A DNA stretch of 63,402 bases, the filler included, from an uncultured Methanosarcinales archaeon (lineage in GTDB: Archaea; Nanobdellota; Nanobdellia; Woesearchaeales; CAZPJY01): assembly GCA_964587045.1 (NCBI GenBank). It is 3 parts of 3 records of this genome, joined end to end, with 100 filler letters (N's around TTAATTAATTAA, not from the genome) between each part and the next. Parts side by side here need not be neighbours in the genome. Positions count along the whole stretch, not along the records: positions 24,407 to 48,380 come from CAZPJY010000028.1; 2 more parts are not named here. One strand, 5' to 3'. The notes below the pieces were generated by a model. That model worked only from the letters and a program-made list of their open reading frames with translations, was not told the DNA's origin and searched no databases. A program made the translations under genes and the position numbers. Shown piece by piece: positions 27,995 through 36,781 of the stretch (positions are counted from its first letter, which is position 1; every line of letters starts with the position of its first letter).

Positions 27995-30068
27995 CGGTAA
28001 ACGGGGCGAAGATGTGGTCTGCCGCAAGCCTCGCGAGCCTCGCGTACTCCGCGCTGTCGTAAGGGCAGCCGTCGCCCTCCACCGCGTACCTAGCAGCAGG
28101 CACCGCGGCGCCTCTGTGGGACACGAAATAGCTGAGGTAGTGCCCGGGCTGGGGAGAGAAGCCTCTTTGCCTGAGCTTTGACACCACGACCGCCTGCGGC
28201 AGGGTGGACTGGTACGAAGCCTTTGATATGCCCTTGGTTATGAGCAGCTCTCCCTGCAGCGCGTTTCCAGAGACGATGCGCCTGGTGGTGCTCTCGAGAT
28301 GGCGCTTCGCGCTGCGCATCAGCTTCCTGAAATCAGCGAGGCTCCTGGCAGGGGCCAGCTCCTCGATCATGCGCAGCTGCATCTCCTTGATGATCGCTGG
28401 GGTGTCGTGCCTGCGCAGCTCGATGCCTCGGCACTTCAGCTCCCCTGACTCGAAAACCCCATAATACCTGGTCGGCACAGGCACCTCGCTGTTCTGCGTC
28501 GAAGGCAGGAAGGCTATCCAGCGGTAAATCCCCTCGATCTTGATGTCAAATCCCAGCTGGGCCTGGATGTCCATGCAAAGATTGCGCACATCGTCCTCGC
28601 TGATGCCTTCCTTTTGCACCCACAGGCTGTCGATGTAGCCGTGCAGGACGCGGAAGCCGCGCTCCTCTGCTATCCTGGAGGCGGCGAGCAAGGTCTCCCT
28701 CGCGTAGGCCTGTATGGCCTGGTGCGCCTCGATCCGCGCGAACTTGCTCTTGCGGAAGCCCATGTAGCCAAAAGACGTCACGAGGAGGCCTTTGAGGGCG
28801 TTCGCCTTGTGAAGGCTCAGCTCGTCGCCCTTGGACTTGTAGGACAGCCTCTGCCTGATGAGGGGCTCGAGCAGCTCGGGGATGATGCCTCTCCTCTTGG
28901 TGCAGATGTTCATCGCAAGACCCGGCACCCTGTTTTGCCTGCAGCACCTGCAAAAGAGGGTCTCGGTCGATATGTTGTGCCTGACCATGATGCTTGGGAA
29001 CATGCTGGTGAAATCTACCTCAGCGACTTGGGTGTGGAAGCCTGTGCGCGGCTCGTAGATGAGGCCGCCGCGGTCAGCGTTGAATAGCTCCACGCCGCGC
29101 TTCCACGTCTCTGCGCAGGTCGACTTGTTCGGGATAAGGTAGCCGCGCCTCATCGCGTGGTAGAGCTGCAGGTTCGCGACGCCGAATCCGACGCTGCGGT
29201 GGTTGACCTTCTGCGCGGACACACGGCAGATGCGTGCCAGCTCGAAAGGGTAGTGGAGGTTCCACATGCCGTACAGCACGCCTCGGCGCTGCAGGTGCAG
29301 GCGGCCCTTGAGGTAGACGGCCCTCTGCTTGTAGATGGTCTGGCCGTACGAGGTGTAAGTGCTGCCGCCAGTCCTGAAACTGTCCCTGCCGAACCTGGAG
29401 AACGAGAAGGAGGGGTCAACCTCCCTCAGAATGGGCAGCAGGTAGGGGAGGGACAGGGTCCCGTCAGAGGTGATGATGATGTCTGGGTCTGCTTTCTTGA
29501 ACCTGGCGATGAACCTTTCCAGGAGGTCAGGCCCGAACTCCTCGCCGTCCAGGCTGACTGCCAGGAGTCTGGCGTTGAGGTCTTTGGTGAGCGGATAGGA
29601 CGTCTTGACCTCCAGGCGCACCGAGCGCATCTCCGGAAGCGAGTATTCGTCAGTCGGTTTTTCCCGCGCGGACATGCTTGACACCTTGCCATTGGCGGTC
29701 TTCAGGCTGACTTCGCAGGTCGGGAAGACGTGCCTTGAGAAGAGGTAGTGCTCCTCCAGCGGCAGGTCTGCGTGGAAAAGCTCGACGCCGTGGCGGGTGT
29801 GCCTTTCCAGGTCCCTCACCAGGCCCTTGAAGCCGCTGATGGCGGATGTTATGGCAAGCACCCTCTTGGTGCCCTTCAGGGTGGTCCGCCTCTCAAAGGA
29901 GGTGGCAAAACCGAAGCCTGACAGCACCCTGGCAAGGCCGTCTAGCTCCCTTGCGGAGGCGTATGCGTATATGGTGGGTTCGAAGCCGCACTCTAGGAAG
30001 AGGTTCTTTCCGTCGTGGAGCCATGCGTACAGCTTGCCGTCATACGCGAAGATGTCGATCAATCGCAC
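27909..30068 (-). CDS. polB2: Family B DNA polymerase, PolB2 (Dpo2-like) group
   Basis: DRGGLIYEP, DFTSMFPSIM, KANALKGLLVTSFGYMG, motif C as HGYIDS, KCRGIELRRHD; degenerate Exo motifs. Confidence 0.92.
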   Translation of the reverse strand: MRLIDIFAYDGKLYAWLHDGKNLFLECGFEPTIYAYASARELDGLARVLSGFGFATSFERRTTLKGTKRVLAITSAISGFKGLVRDLERHTRHGVELFHADLPLEEHYLFSRHVFPTCEVSLKTANGKVSSMSAREKPTDEYSLPEMRSVRLEVKTSYPLTKDLNARLLAVSLDGEEFGPDLLERFIARFKKADPDIIITSDGTLSLPYLLPILREVDPSFSFSRFGRDSFRTGGSTYTSYGQTIYKQRAVYLKGRLHLQRRGVLYGMWNLHYPFELARICRVSAQKVNHRSVGFGVANLQLYHAMRRGYLIPNKSTCAETWKRGVELFNADRGGLIYEPRTGFHTQVAEVDFTSMFPSIMVRHNISTETLFCRCCRQNRVPGLAMNICTKRRGIIPELLEPLIRQRLSYKSKGDELSLHKANALKGLLVTSFGYMGFRKSKFARIEAHQAIQAYARETLLAASRIAEERGFRVLHGYIDSLWVQKEGISEDDVRNLCMDIQAQLGFDIKIEGIYRWIAFLPSTQNSEVPVPTRYYGVFESGELKCRGIELRRHDTPAIIKEMQLRMIEELAPARSLADFRKLMRSAKRHLESTTRRIVSGNALQGELLITKGISKASYQSTLPQAVVVSKLRQRGFSPQPGHYLSYFVSHRGAAVPAARYAVEGDGCPYDSAEYARLARLAADHIFAPFTDDTKGDQAAPVPLQVAQRTLGEVGEKVA

Positions 30069-30297
30069 TTTTGAGCCTCTCTATCTTCTTCTCAAGCTCA
30101 AGCATCGCTGACCACTGCATGAGCTCTTGGGGGTTGAGCGGGTTTGCGTAGGTTATGGATGAGTAGTGCTTCCTGACGCCCACTGCCAGCCGGTCGAAGG
30201 GCTCCCTGTCCTCCTTGCGAAGGCTTGTGATGTAGCGCCGCAGCTCGTCCATCTGCGCGTCGACCTCGTATCTCATAGGTATCACTGTCCTTCCCAC
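30040..30297 (-). CDS. PolB2-associated small protein (PPB2/arCOG07300-like)
   Basis: MGRTV..R....LRKEDREPFDRL signature and position directly upstream of PolB2. Confidence 0.85.
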   Translation of the reverse strand: MGRTVIPMRYEVDAQMDELRRYITSLRKEDREPFDRLAVGVRKHYSSITYANPLNPQELMQWSAMLELEKKIERLKSAIDRHLRV

Positions 30298-30728
30298 TTT
30301 CTCACACCTCCGATGGCGAGCAGGCTGTCGGCTGTCGCCTTTTTCTGAACGCCGACGATGAAGTCGCAGCGCATGTGTCGTGCTGAACGGAGCATCGCAT
30401 CCCGTACGGATTCCAGCTCGAAATCGTCCCTGGCCTCGTCGTCGAAGCGGTCGAGCGAGGATATCAGCACGGTCGAGCCTTCCTTGAGGCCCAACTTGTT
30501 CAGGCCAAAGACCTTATCGCGCAGCTGGTAGAGCGTGAAGGGGCGCGACACCATGAGGTGATGGAGGACCACGCGCGCATGCGAGACGTCTCGGCGGGAC
30601 AGGTAGTAAGGGTCGAAGATTTGCAGCGAGTCGATCAGCCAGATGCGCTCCTCCTCAGCCCGCATGCGCGCGTAGTCGAGGAAAATGCGTTTGATCTCGC
30701 TTCTCGTACCTATGCAGACATTTATCAT
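30282..30728 (-). CDS. Inactivated RadA/RecA-like protein (iRadA)
   Basis: LIDSLQIFDPYYL, VSRPFTLYQL; no Walker A; first gene of the PolB2 operon. Confidence 0.8.
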   Translation of the reverse strand: MINVCIGTRSEIKRIFLDYARMRAEEERIWLIDSLQIFDPYYLSRRDVSHARVVLHHLMVSRPFTLYQLRDKVFGLNKLGLKEGSTVLISSLDRFDDEARDDFELESVRDAMLRSARHMRCDFIVGVQKKATADSLLAIGGVRKWEGQ

Positions 30729-30750
30729 GCTAAAGGGTCGATCGCCGTGC

Positions 30751-30787
30751 TTTTATAGCTCACGAGACCATGTCCAATGTCCAATGG
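30751..30787 (-). promoter_or_regulatory. PolB2 operon promoter with tandem ATTGGAC repeat
   Basis: Minus strand reads CCATTGGACATTGGACATGG, then TATAAAA about 25 bp before the ATG. Confidence 0.5.
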
Positions 30788-30788
30788 C

Positions 30789-31349
30789 TCACTTGCCTTT
30801 GGCTATGTCCTTTATGTCCTGCCAGATCGCGCTCTTGCCGGGCTCGTAGGTTATGTACCAAATCACCACCAAGAAGACTAGCATTGAAAGCAGGCCAATA
30901 TCCACCAGCCTCTCCCAGAAATCGACCAGCATATCTAACCCTCCCGGAACGGCTCTGCCGAAAATCAGGCTGTACACCACAATATCAGGCGTTAGCAGGT
31001 CGATGACAATCAGCAGGAAAAGGAACCTCATGAAGCTTATCCTCAGCCCGAAGATGCCTGCGAGCAGCCCTGCGCATATGATGCCCACAATCAGCAGGCT
31101 TAGGTACGGGAAGACTAGGTATATCATCCTGACAGGGTCCCAGGCTCCGTCGTAGCCGTACACGTAGTGGGGCACTATCGCGATGAATGCGAGGGCCAGC
31201 GCGATTCCGGTGTTGGCGCCCTTGGCGTCCGCGAATTTGATCTTCTCAAGCGTCGCGTAGAATACTGTGAAGAGGAGGAGGAACGGAAGCGCTGGCTCTA
31301 GGTAGGTGTAGGTGTGGACGAACGAGGGGAGCAGCAGGCCTTCCATCAT
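30789..31349 (-). CDS. Conserved archaeal membrane protein
   Basis: LPFLLLFTVFYATLEK start, 5 TM segments. Confidence 0.75.
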   Translation of the reverse strand: MMEGLLLPSFVHTYTYLEPALPFLLLFTVFYATLEKIKFADAKGANTGIALALAFIAIVPHYVYGYDGAWDPVRMIYLVFPYLSLLIVGIICAGLLAGIFGLRISFMRFLFLLIVIDLLTPDIVVYSLIFGRAVPGGLDMLVDFWERLVDIGLLSMLVFLVVIWYITYEPGKSAIWQDIKDIAKGK

Positions 31350-31395
31350 ATAGGCTTGCTGGTTCCGGAATTATTAAGTTTTATGATAAAAAAAA

Positions 31396-32157
31396 TTAAA
31401 ATTGCACCTGGCTGACCTTAAGTGAGAATATTTCAGGTCGGTGAGGCTTGGCCTGATAGGTTTCCTTGCGGTGCTGCCACGAGAATAGCTCTCCGACAGA
31501 CCCGTAGATGGTCACCTGCTTATGCTGCATGGCTGCGTTGGCTAAGAGCGCGGTCTGCTGGTTGTCCTTGCCTTCGATGATTAACTGGCTGGTGTGGTCC
31601 TTCACCGCCGGCAGAGCGAGGAGATAAGTGTCTCTGTCTTGGAACTTCACCTGGCCTGTAATCTTCACCAGATCCCCTTCCTTTACGCCCCAGGATTCCT
31701 TCTTGTTGTATGCGAAGCTTCCTTCCAGAGGCTTGTATGCCGCCAGCTGGCCCGCAGACATGGGCGGCGGCGGAGGCACAAACTTGTCAAAGCTCTCCAT
31801 CGAGTTATCATATAGTATCTTCTCTGGCATTATGTAGCCTGGCGCGGTCTGGTCCGACGCGAGATATTTCACTGTCAGCTGGCCTGAGAGCTTCTTTGCG
31901 TCATCGGCATCCGGCAGCACTAGGATCCCCCTCTCGGTCGCCACGAAGCGGCCGTAGACGTAGGGCTGCTTCACAATCTGCTCGAGGACGGGCTCTTTTG
32001 GGAATAGGGTCTTGGTGACGGGTCCGTTAAACGTGTAGTCAGCTCCGGCAAGCGCCGCCAGAAGAATCAGACCTCCAATCCCCACCCTTCTGTTGGTCTT
32101 CTTGGCCTTCTGTCTCTGTGCTTCAACATACTCTTCATGCGTTTTGTATTCAACCAT
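31396..32157 (-). CDS. Membrane-anchored hypothetical protein, possible OB fold
   Basis: AGGTGA SD, N-terminal TM, EGDLVKITG and KQVTIYGSV strands. Confidence 0.65.
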   Translation of the reverse strand: MVEYKTHEEYVEAQRQKAKKTNRRVGIGGLILLAALAGADYTFNGPVTKTLFPKEPVLEQIVKQPYVYGRFVATERGILVLPDADDAKKLSGQLTVKYLASDQTAPGYIMPEKILYDNSMESFDKFVPPPPPMSAGQLAAYKPLEGSFAYNKKESWGVKEGDLVKITGQVKFQDRDTYLLALPAVKDHTSQLIIEGKDNQQTALLANAAMQHKQVTIYGSVGELFSWQHRKETYQAKPHRPEIFSLKVSQVQF

Positions 32158-32201
32158 TTCTCATCACCTTCAAACCACTGAAAGCACCTTATTATTAAAG
32201 G

Positions 32202-32558
32202 TTACTGTAGTGCCTCGCGGTCCAGCTCTGTCTTCTTCCTGTGGCAGCTCCTGCAAAGAGTGCGCAGGTTGTCCTTGTCGAAGAGCTTGCCCCCCATCTG
32301 GACAGGTATTATGTGGTCGACGTCGAGCTCGCGCTTCCTGAAGCGCTGCTTGCATATCGAGCAGCGGTAGCCGTCCCTTCGCAGCACGTCTTTTCGCACC
32401 CAGAACCACCTGTTCTCGCGGTTGAAGCTCTCCATGCACTCGTCAGAGCAGTAGTGCCGTCTGCCCTTGGGGACAGGATTCTTACAGTTGCGGCAGATAA
32501 GCCTCCCTTCGCTGTCGACTTCGTTTTTCACGTCGCTTATGCGCGGGTAGCGGGGCAT
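32202..32558 (-). CDS. HNH endonuclease with N-terminal Zn finger
   Basis: CRNC..YCSDEC, RDGYRCSIC, VDHIIP, NLRTLCRSCH. Confidence 0.9.
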   Translation of the reverse strand: MPRYPRISDVKNEVDSEGRLICRNCKNPVPKGRRHYCSDECMESFNRENRWFWVRKDVLRRDGYRCSICKQRFRKRELDVDHIIPVQMGGKLFDKDNLRTLCRSCHRKKTELDREALQ

Positions 32559-32645
32559 GCCCCACCAAAAGGTGTTCTCATATATTAACTTGGACCAAAA
32601 CATATATAAATCTCCCGCCGATTTTCAACGCCAAGGGGGTGGCCA

Positions 32646-34631
32646 GTGAGCACTTTGTACCAGTGGGAAGCGTTCATAAATGACGACAAGCCGAAGAAGA
32701 AGCTTAGTTCTTGGAGCCCTTCCTTTGGGCCCGTTGTCACCAAACGCGAGAAGGGCAAGGCCAAGAAGGTCAGATTCTCGGTCCTAGTAGACAACCCCAA
32801 GACGCGCGTCTTCATAATAGGCAAGTTCAACCGCTGGGGCAAGGGGTACCTGGGAGACTTCGAGCTGGTGCCCGACGACAACTTCATATTCGCGTCGATA
32901 GAGCTCGACTGCGTGTCGCACAAGGACCCGTACAAGTTCCTGGTCAGGCAGGGCACCAAGGAATTCGTGCTGCAGGACCCGGCCGGGCAGTACTTCGACG
33001 GAGATGGCAACACGGTCTTCTGGGACTTCGACGACCCGTCTGCGTACAAGCAAAAACACAGGTTCATCAACACCATCGAGCGCCCGACCAAGATCATGCA
33101 GACAGACCTGCCAGGCCTCATAGTGCACTGGGCGGACAAGGAAGGCAGGTGCGGCAGGGACGTGCCTAAAAACGAGTACTACCGCTTCATTGCCGACTCC
33201 GGGGTGCTCGAGCACGTAAAGAGCCTCGGCTTCAACACCGTCCAGTTCCTGCCGTTCGCGCAGAGCATCGACGGGGACAACTGGAAGTTCCGCTACCTGG
33301 TGCCTTTCCAGTACGCGGTGCAGAAGAACTGGGGCACGCCTGACGACTTCGCCTACATGGTCGACGCCTGCCACAAATTGGGCATCGCGGTCATAGGGGA
33401 CTTCGTGATAGGGCACCTGCCCAACAAGGACTTCCGGGTGTTCGGCCTGGACTGGCAGGAAAACGGGATTCACCAGTGGAAGAACCGCCACGGCGTGAAT
33501 CTGTACATGAAGGAGCCTACGCCCTGGGGCACGATGCGCGTCGACACAGACAACCCCTTCGTCAGGCAGTTCTTCGTCGAGAGCTTCCTGCACTTCATGA
33601 AATGCTACAGGGTCGACGGCTTCCGCATCGACAATGTCGACGGCATACTCAGGTACGGGCCTAACGGCGACGGCGAGGAGAGGCCCAACGGCCGAACCTT
33701 CCTTCGGGAGCTGAACCAGTCCATCTACGAGCACAACCCTCACGCGCTCATCCACTTCGAGGCCCACTACTTCTACAAGGACAACGCCAAGATGCTCGTC
33801 GTTCCTTTCGACAACGATCCGCGCGCTCTCGGCGCGACTGCTTACAACAGCTCCCGGATGACCTATTACTTCCACACCGAGTACATGCCAAAGGACGCGG
33901 AGAAGATAACCCCTTGGAGGTTCAGGGACATCACCGAGGAGAAGGAGTGGGGGCAGTCCAACTCGACCGTCGCGGACTTCCACAACCACGACGCAGCATC
34001 AGGCCTGATACCCATGAGGTGCACTGGTAGCTACGCATACGACACCATGACAGTCAAGCAGCCGCACAACCACCTTCACGCGATCGGTAAGATCAAGGTC
34101 ATGGAGGCCATCATATCCTTCTGCGCCGAAGGCAGGACGCTAGACCTGATACAAAGCTTCCTGTTGCAGACCGGAACGTTCGAGCACGACTCTTCGGTCC
34201 AGTGGTTCCTGACCTTCACCCAAAGCAACTGCAACATGGTCGAGTACAAGAGGAGGGTCAACGAGATAATGGAGGACCCTGCTTTCTGGCCGCTTTACAC
34301 GAAGAACCGAGCCTTCCTCAACGTAGACGACAAGGATAAGGTAATGGTCGTTGAGAGGAGCGCGACCCACAAGGGCAAGAGCTCGAAATTCGTCATCGTC
34401 ATCAACCTGTCATCATGGGTCCATTACGACTACAGCGTCGGGGTCAAGGGCTCAAAGGACTACGAGGTGGTCATGAACTCAGACCTCTTCGACTATTCAG
34501 GCCTGGGAGTGACCTCCTACCCGCACATCCTCAAGAACAATCCGAGCACCAGCTTCGAGCTTTTCGACCGCGAGGTGAAGCTTTCCAAGCTTGCCCCTTA
34601 CGGGGTGCTGGTGCTGAAAGAAAAAAATTAA
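32646..34631 (+). CDS. glgB: GH13 1,4-alpha-glucan branching enzyme-like protein
   Basis: GKFNRW CBM48-like region, WGTPDDF, VDGFRIDNVD nucleophile, FEAH, NHD. Confidence 0.8.
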   Translation: MSTLYQWEAFINDDKPKKKLSSWSPSFGPVVTKREKGKAKKVRFSVLVDNPKTRVFIIGKFNRWGKGYLGDFELVPDDNFIFASIELDCVSHKDPYKFLVRQGTKEFVLQDPAGQYFDGDGNTVFWDFDDPSAYKQKHRFINTIERPTKIMQTDLPGLIVHWADKEGRCGRDVPKNEYYRFIADSGVLEHVKSLGFNTVQFLPFAQSIDGDNWKFRYLVPFQYAVQKNWGTPDDFAYMVDACHKLGIAVIGDFVIGHLPNKDFRVFGLDWQENGIHQWKNRHGVNLYMKEPTPWGTMRVDTDNPFVRQFFVESFLHFMKCYRVDGFRIDNVDGILRYGPNGDGEERPNGRTFLRELNQSIYEHNPHALIHFEAHYFYKDNAKMLVVPFDNDPRALGATAYNSSRMTYYFHTEYMPKDAEKITPWRFRDITEEKEWGQSNSTVADFHNHDAASGLIPMRCTGSYAYDTMTVKQPHNHLHAIGKIKVMEAIISFCAEGRTLDLIQSFLLQTGTFEHDSSVQWFLTFTQSNCNMVEYKRRVNEIMEDPAFWPLYTKNRAFLNVDDKDKVMVVERSATHKGKSSKFVIVINLSSWVHYDYSVGVKGSKDYEVVMNSDLFDYSGLGVTSYPHILKNNPSTSFELFDREVKLSKLAPYGVLVLKEKN

Positions 34632-35362
34632 TATTTCGGCTCGAAGTAGCCCGGAAGCGACCTTTCGAAACCGCTGTAGTTGCCTGACTGCTGCGCCTGC
34701 CTGTAGACCGATGCTATCTGCCTCATGGCTTCAGGACCCTGCTGGGCGGCCAGCTTGTCGTTGAACTTGGGGAACTGGTGCTTGATCTGGTCCATGTAGC
34801 CCTTCAGCTTGTCCTCATCGATCTGCTTTAGGAGCGAGTCCTGCTCAAGCTGCGCCAGCGACGGCCCGATCCTCTGGGTGTTCTGCTGCCAGACCTGGTT
34901 GGAAAAGCCCTGCGTCGGCCCGAGCGACACCAGCCTGTCGGCGTCGAATCCGAGAGTCGCGTTGACCATGTTGTTGATCAGCGCCAGCCTCTTGTTGGCG
35001 TCCTGCCTCAACTCGGGGGTCGCGTTCGCGTCCATCGACTTCTTGAACGCGTCGTCGTACATGCCGTCGATGCCGATGTCCAGGGCTTTCACGATCTTGC
35101 TGCTGTAGTCGTTCACGAACTGTCGGGAGAGCTTCTCGTTGAGCTTGTAACCGTTCTCCCTCATGATCTCGACCTGCTTGAAGGGGTCTGCGGTGTTCCA
35201 CTCACCGCGCTTGCCTTCAGGCAGCTGCTGCGGGTAGTATTTCGCAAGCGCCAACGAGCGGGATTCGCTGACCATCTCCTGCAGGTCCTGGCCTTTCTGG
35301 CCGATCCCCGGGCTGTTTGCCTTGTCTAGTATCGAATTTATTCCTTCTTCCATTGGGTTCAC
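34628..35362 (-). CDS. Gln-rich helical hypothetical protein
   Basis: AGGTGA SD, host-like codon usage. Confidence 0.7.
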   Translation of the reverse strand: MNPMEEGINSILDKANSPGIGQKGQDLQEMVSESRSLALAKYYPQQLPEGKRGEWNTADPFKQVEIMRENGYKLNEKLSRQFVNDYSSKIVKALDIGIDGMYDDAFKKSMDANATPELRQDANKRLALINNMVNATLGFDADRLVSLGPTQGFSNQVWQQNTQRIGPSLAQLEQDSLLKQIDEDKLKGYMDQIKHQFPKFNDKLAAQQGPEAMRQIASVYRQAQQSGNYSGFERSLPGYFEPKY

Positions 35363-35455
35363 CTACAGCCGGTAGTGGCAGTGCCATTTTTATGTATTTT
35401 AGAAGTGTGGAGGAGGGGTGTGTGCCAATCCTGTCAAGGGATGATGCGGCTAGGG

Positions 35456-36781
35456 CTATGCTGGCCTCATCAGGGCGAAGGACACGTTCGACGGGTTGAG
35501 GATCTCTGCTGCGTAGCTGTTGACCAGCCCGCTGGGGATTTTCTCGACCCGTTCAAGCATGACTTCGTAGTTGCGCGGGTCGCCTGTCAGCACCCCCCAC
35601 CTGACCATCTCGTCAGCGTAGTCAAACACCCTGTCCCAGCTCTCGTCTGCGTAGGTGAGCAATGACATGCGGGCGTAATCGAGCTCCTCTTGTGGTATGC
35701 CGTGTTTGCGGACCCTTTCAGCCTCATTGAGTACCAGCATCCGGAACTTCTCGGGATCGTCGGTCTTTCCTTCGAACCAGACGTCGCCGTGCTCCCTGAA
35801 TGGGAGGTAGTCACCGACGAAACTGAGCTGCTCCATGCCCTTTTTGGTCAGGCGCTCCCTGGACCTGCTTCCGTAGCCGAAGAGGGACAAGGCTATCAGG
35901 TTGGATGCGACGTGCCTGTCAAGCGCGTTTTTGCCATCCATCATTATCTTCCACATGCCCAACACCGAAGGGTGCGCTATGTCTTCCCTGATGAGAGGGT
36001 GTGCAAAGTTGTCAGGCTCAACCACGCTTGCCGGCTCTTCGACAGGCTCCCTTCCAGGCGGCGGCATGTAAGAGCCCTTGCCCATCGCTTCGAGCCTGTC
36101 GCTGGCAACCTGCATCAACTCCTCATGCCCGACATTCCCTGACGCGAGAAGGGTCATGTTCGATGGCCTGTAGAAAGTGTTGTGGACGGACAAGACGTCT
36201 TCCAACGACATTGATTCGATGCTCTCTTCTGTCCCGAGCGTTGAGAAGCGCGCGCCGTGCCTGTGGTATAGCTGCCTGCAGAGGGTGCGGTACAGCTCCG
36301 AGTCCGGATTGTTCATATCCCGCCTGAGCTCGTCGAGTATAATCCCTTTCTCCTTCCTGAAGCTGTCCTGCGGCAGGTAGGGAGTGAAGACGTAGTCCAT
36401 CATAATCCCCAGGTTTTCGAGCTGGTTTTCCCTTGAGGCCATCCAGTAGTTCGTGACGTCGTCCCAGGTGTAAGCGTTGCCGCGGATGGCGCCGTTGACG
36501 GCGAGCAGGCTCAGCCCGTCGATGAGGTTGCGCTTGGTCTTTGGGGTCAGCGTCCTGTACTTGATGGGTCTGCCGTCCCTGCCCAGGGGAGGGAGCGTGA
36601 AGAGGACGTGCTCGAAGTAGTGTGCGGTTCCCGGCTGGAGGCTCACCCCTTTCTCGCCGTCGCTGAAGTATAGGTCGTTTCCGCCGAAGGGCGTGTATAG
36701 GGAAAAGAACGTGAAGGGCGAGTCGGTGCTGTGGGTGAAGACCTTGAGGCCCGACCCTGTCACTCCAGCCTGCCAGCTCAT
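35456..36781 (-). CDS. M16 family zinc peptidase, catalytic subunit (YmfH-like)
   Basis: GTAHYFEH inverted Zn motif, NAYT, EKGIILDE, FYRPSNM. Confidence 0.9.
   Translation of the reverse strand: MSWQAGVTGSGLKVFTHSTDSPFTFFSLYTPFGGNDLYFSDGEKGVSLQPGTAHYFEHVLFTLPPLGRDGRPIKYRTLTPKTKRNLIDGLSLLAVNGAIRGNAYTWDDVTNYWMASRENQLENLGIMMDYVFTPYLPQDSFRKEKGIILDELRRDMNNPDSELYRTLCRQLYHRHGARFSTLGTEESIESMSLEDVLSVHNTFYRPSNMTLLASGNVGHEELMQVASDRLEAMGKGSYMPPPGREPVEEPASVVEPDNFAHPLIREDIAHPSVLGMWKIMMDGKNALDRHVASNLIALSLFGYGSRSRERLTKKGMEQLSFVGDYLPFREHGDVWFEGKTDDPEKFRMLVLNEAERVRKHGIPQEELDYARMSLLTYADESWDRVFDYADEMVRWGVLTGDPRNYEVMLERVEKIPSGLVNSYAAEILNPSNVSFALMRPA

Noticed and set aside
32784..33989. 401-aa antisense ORF and many similar shadow ORFs
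   Set aside because: Antisense to well-supported genes with strong C/G third-position bias; no recognisable motifs
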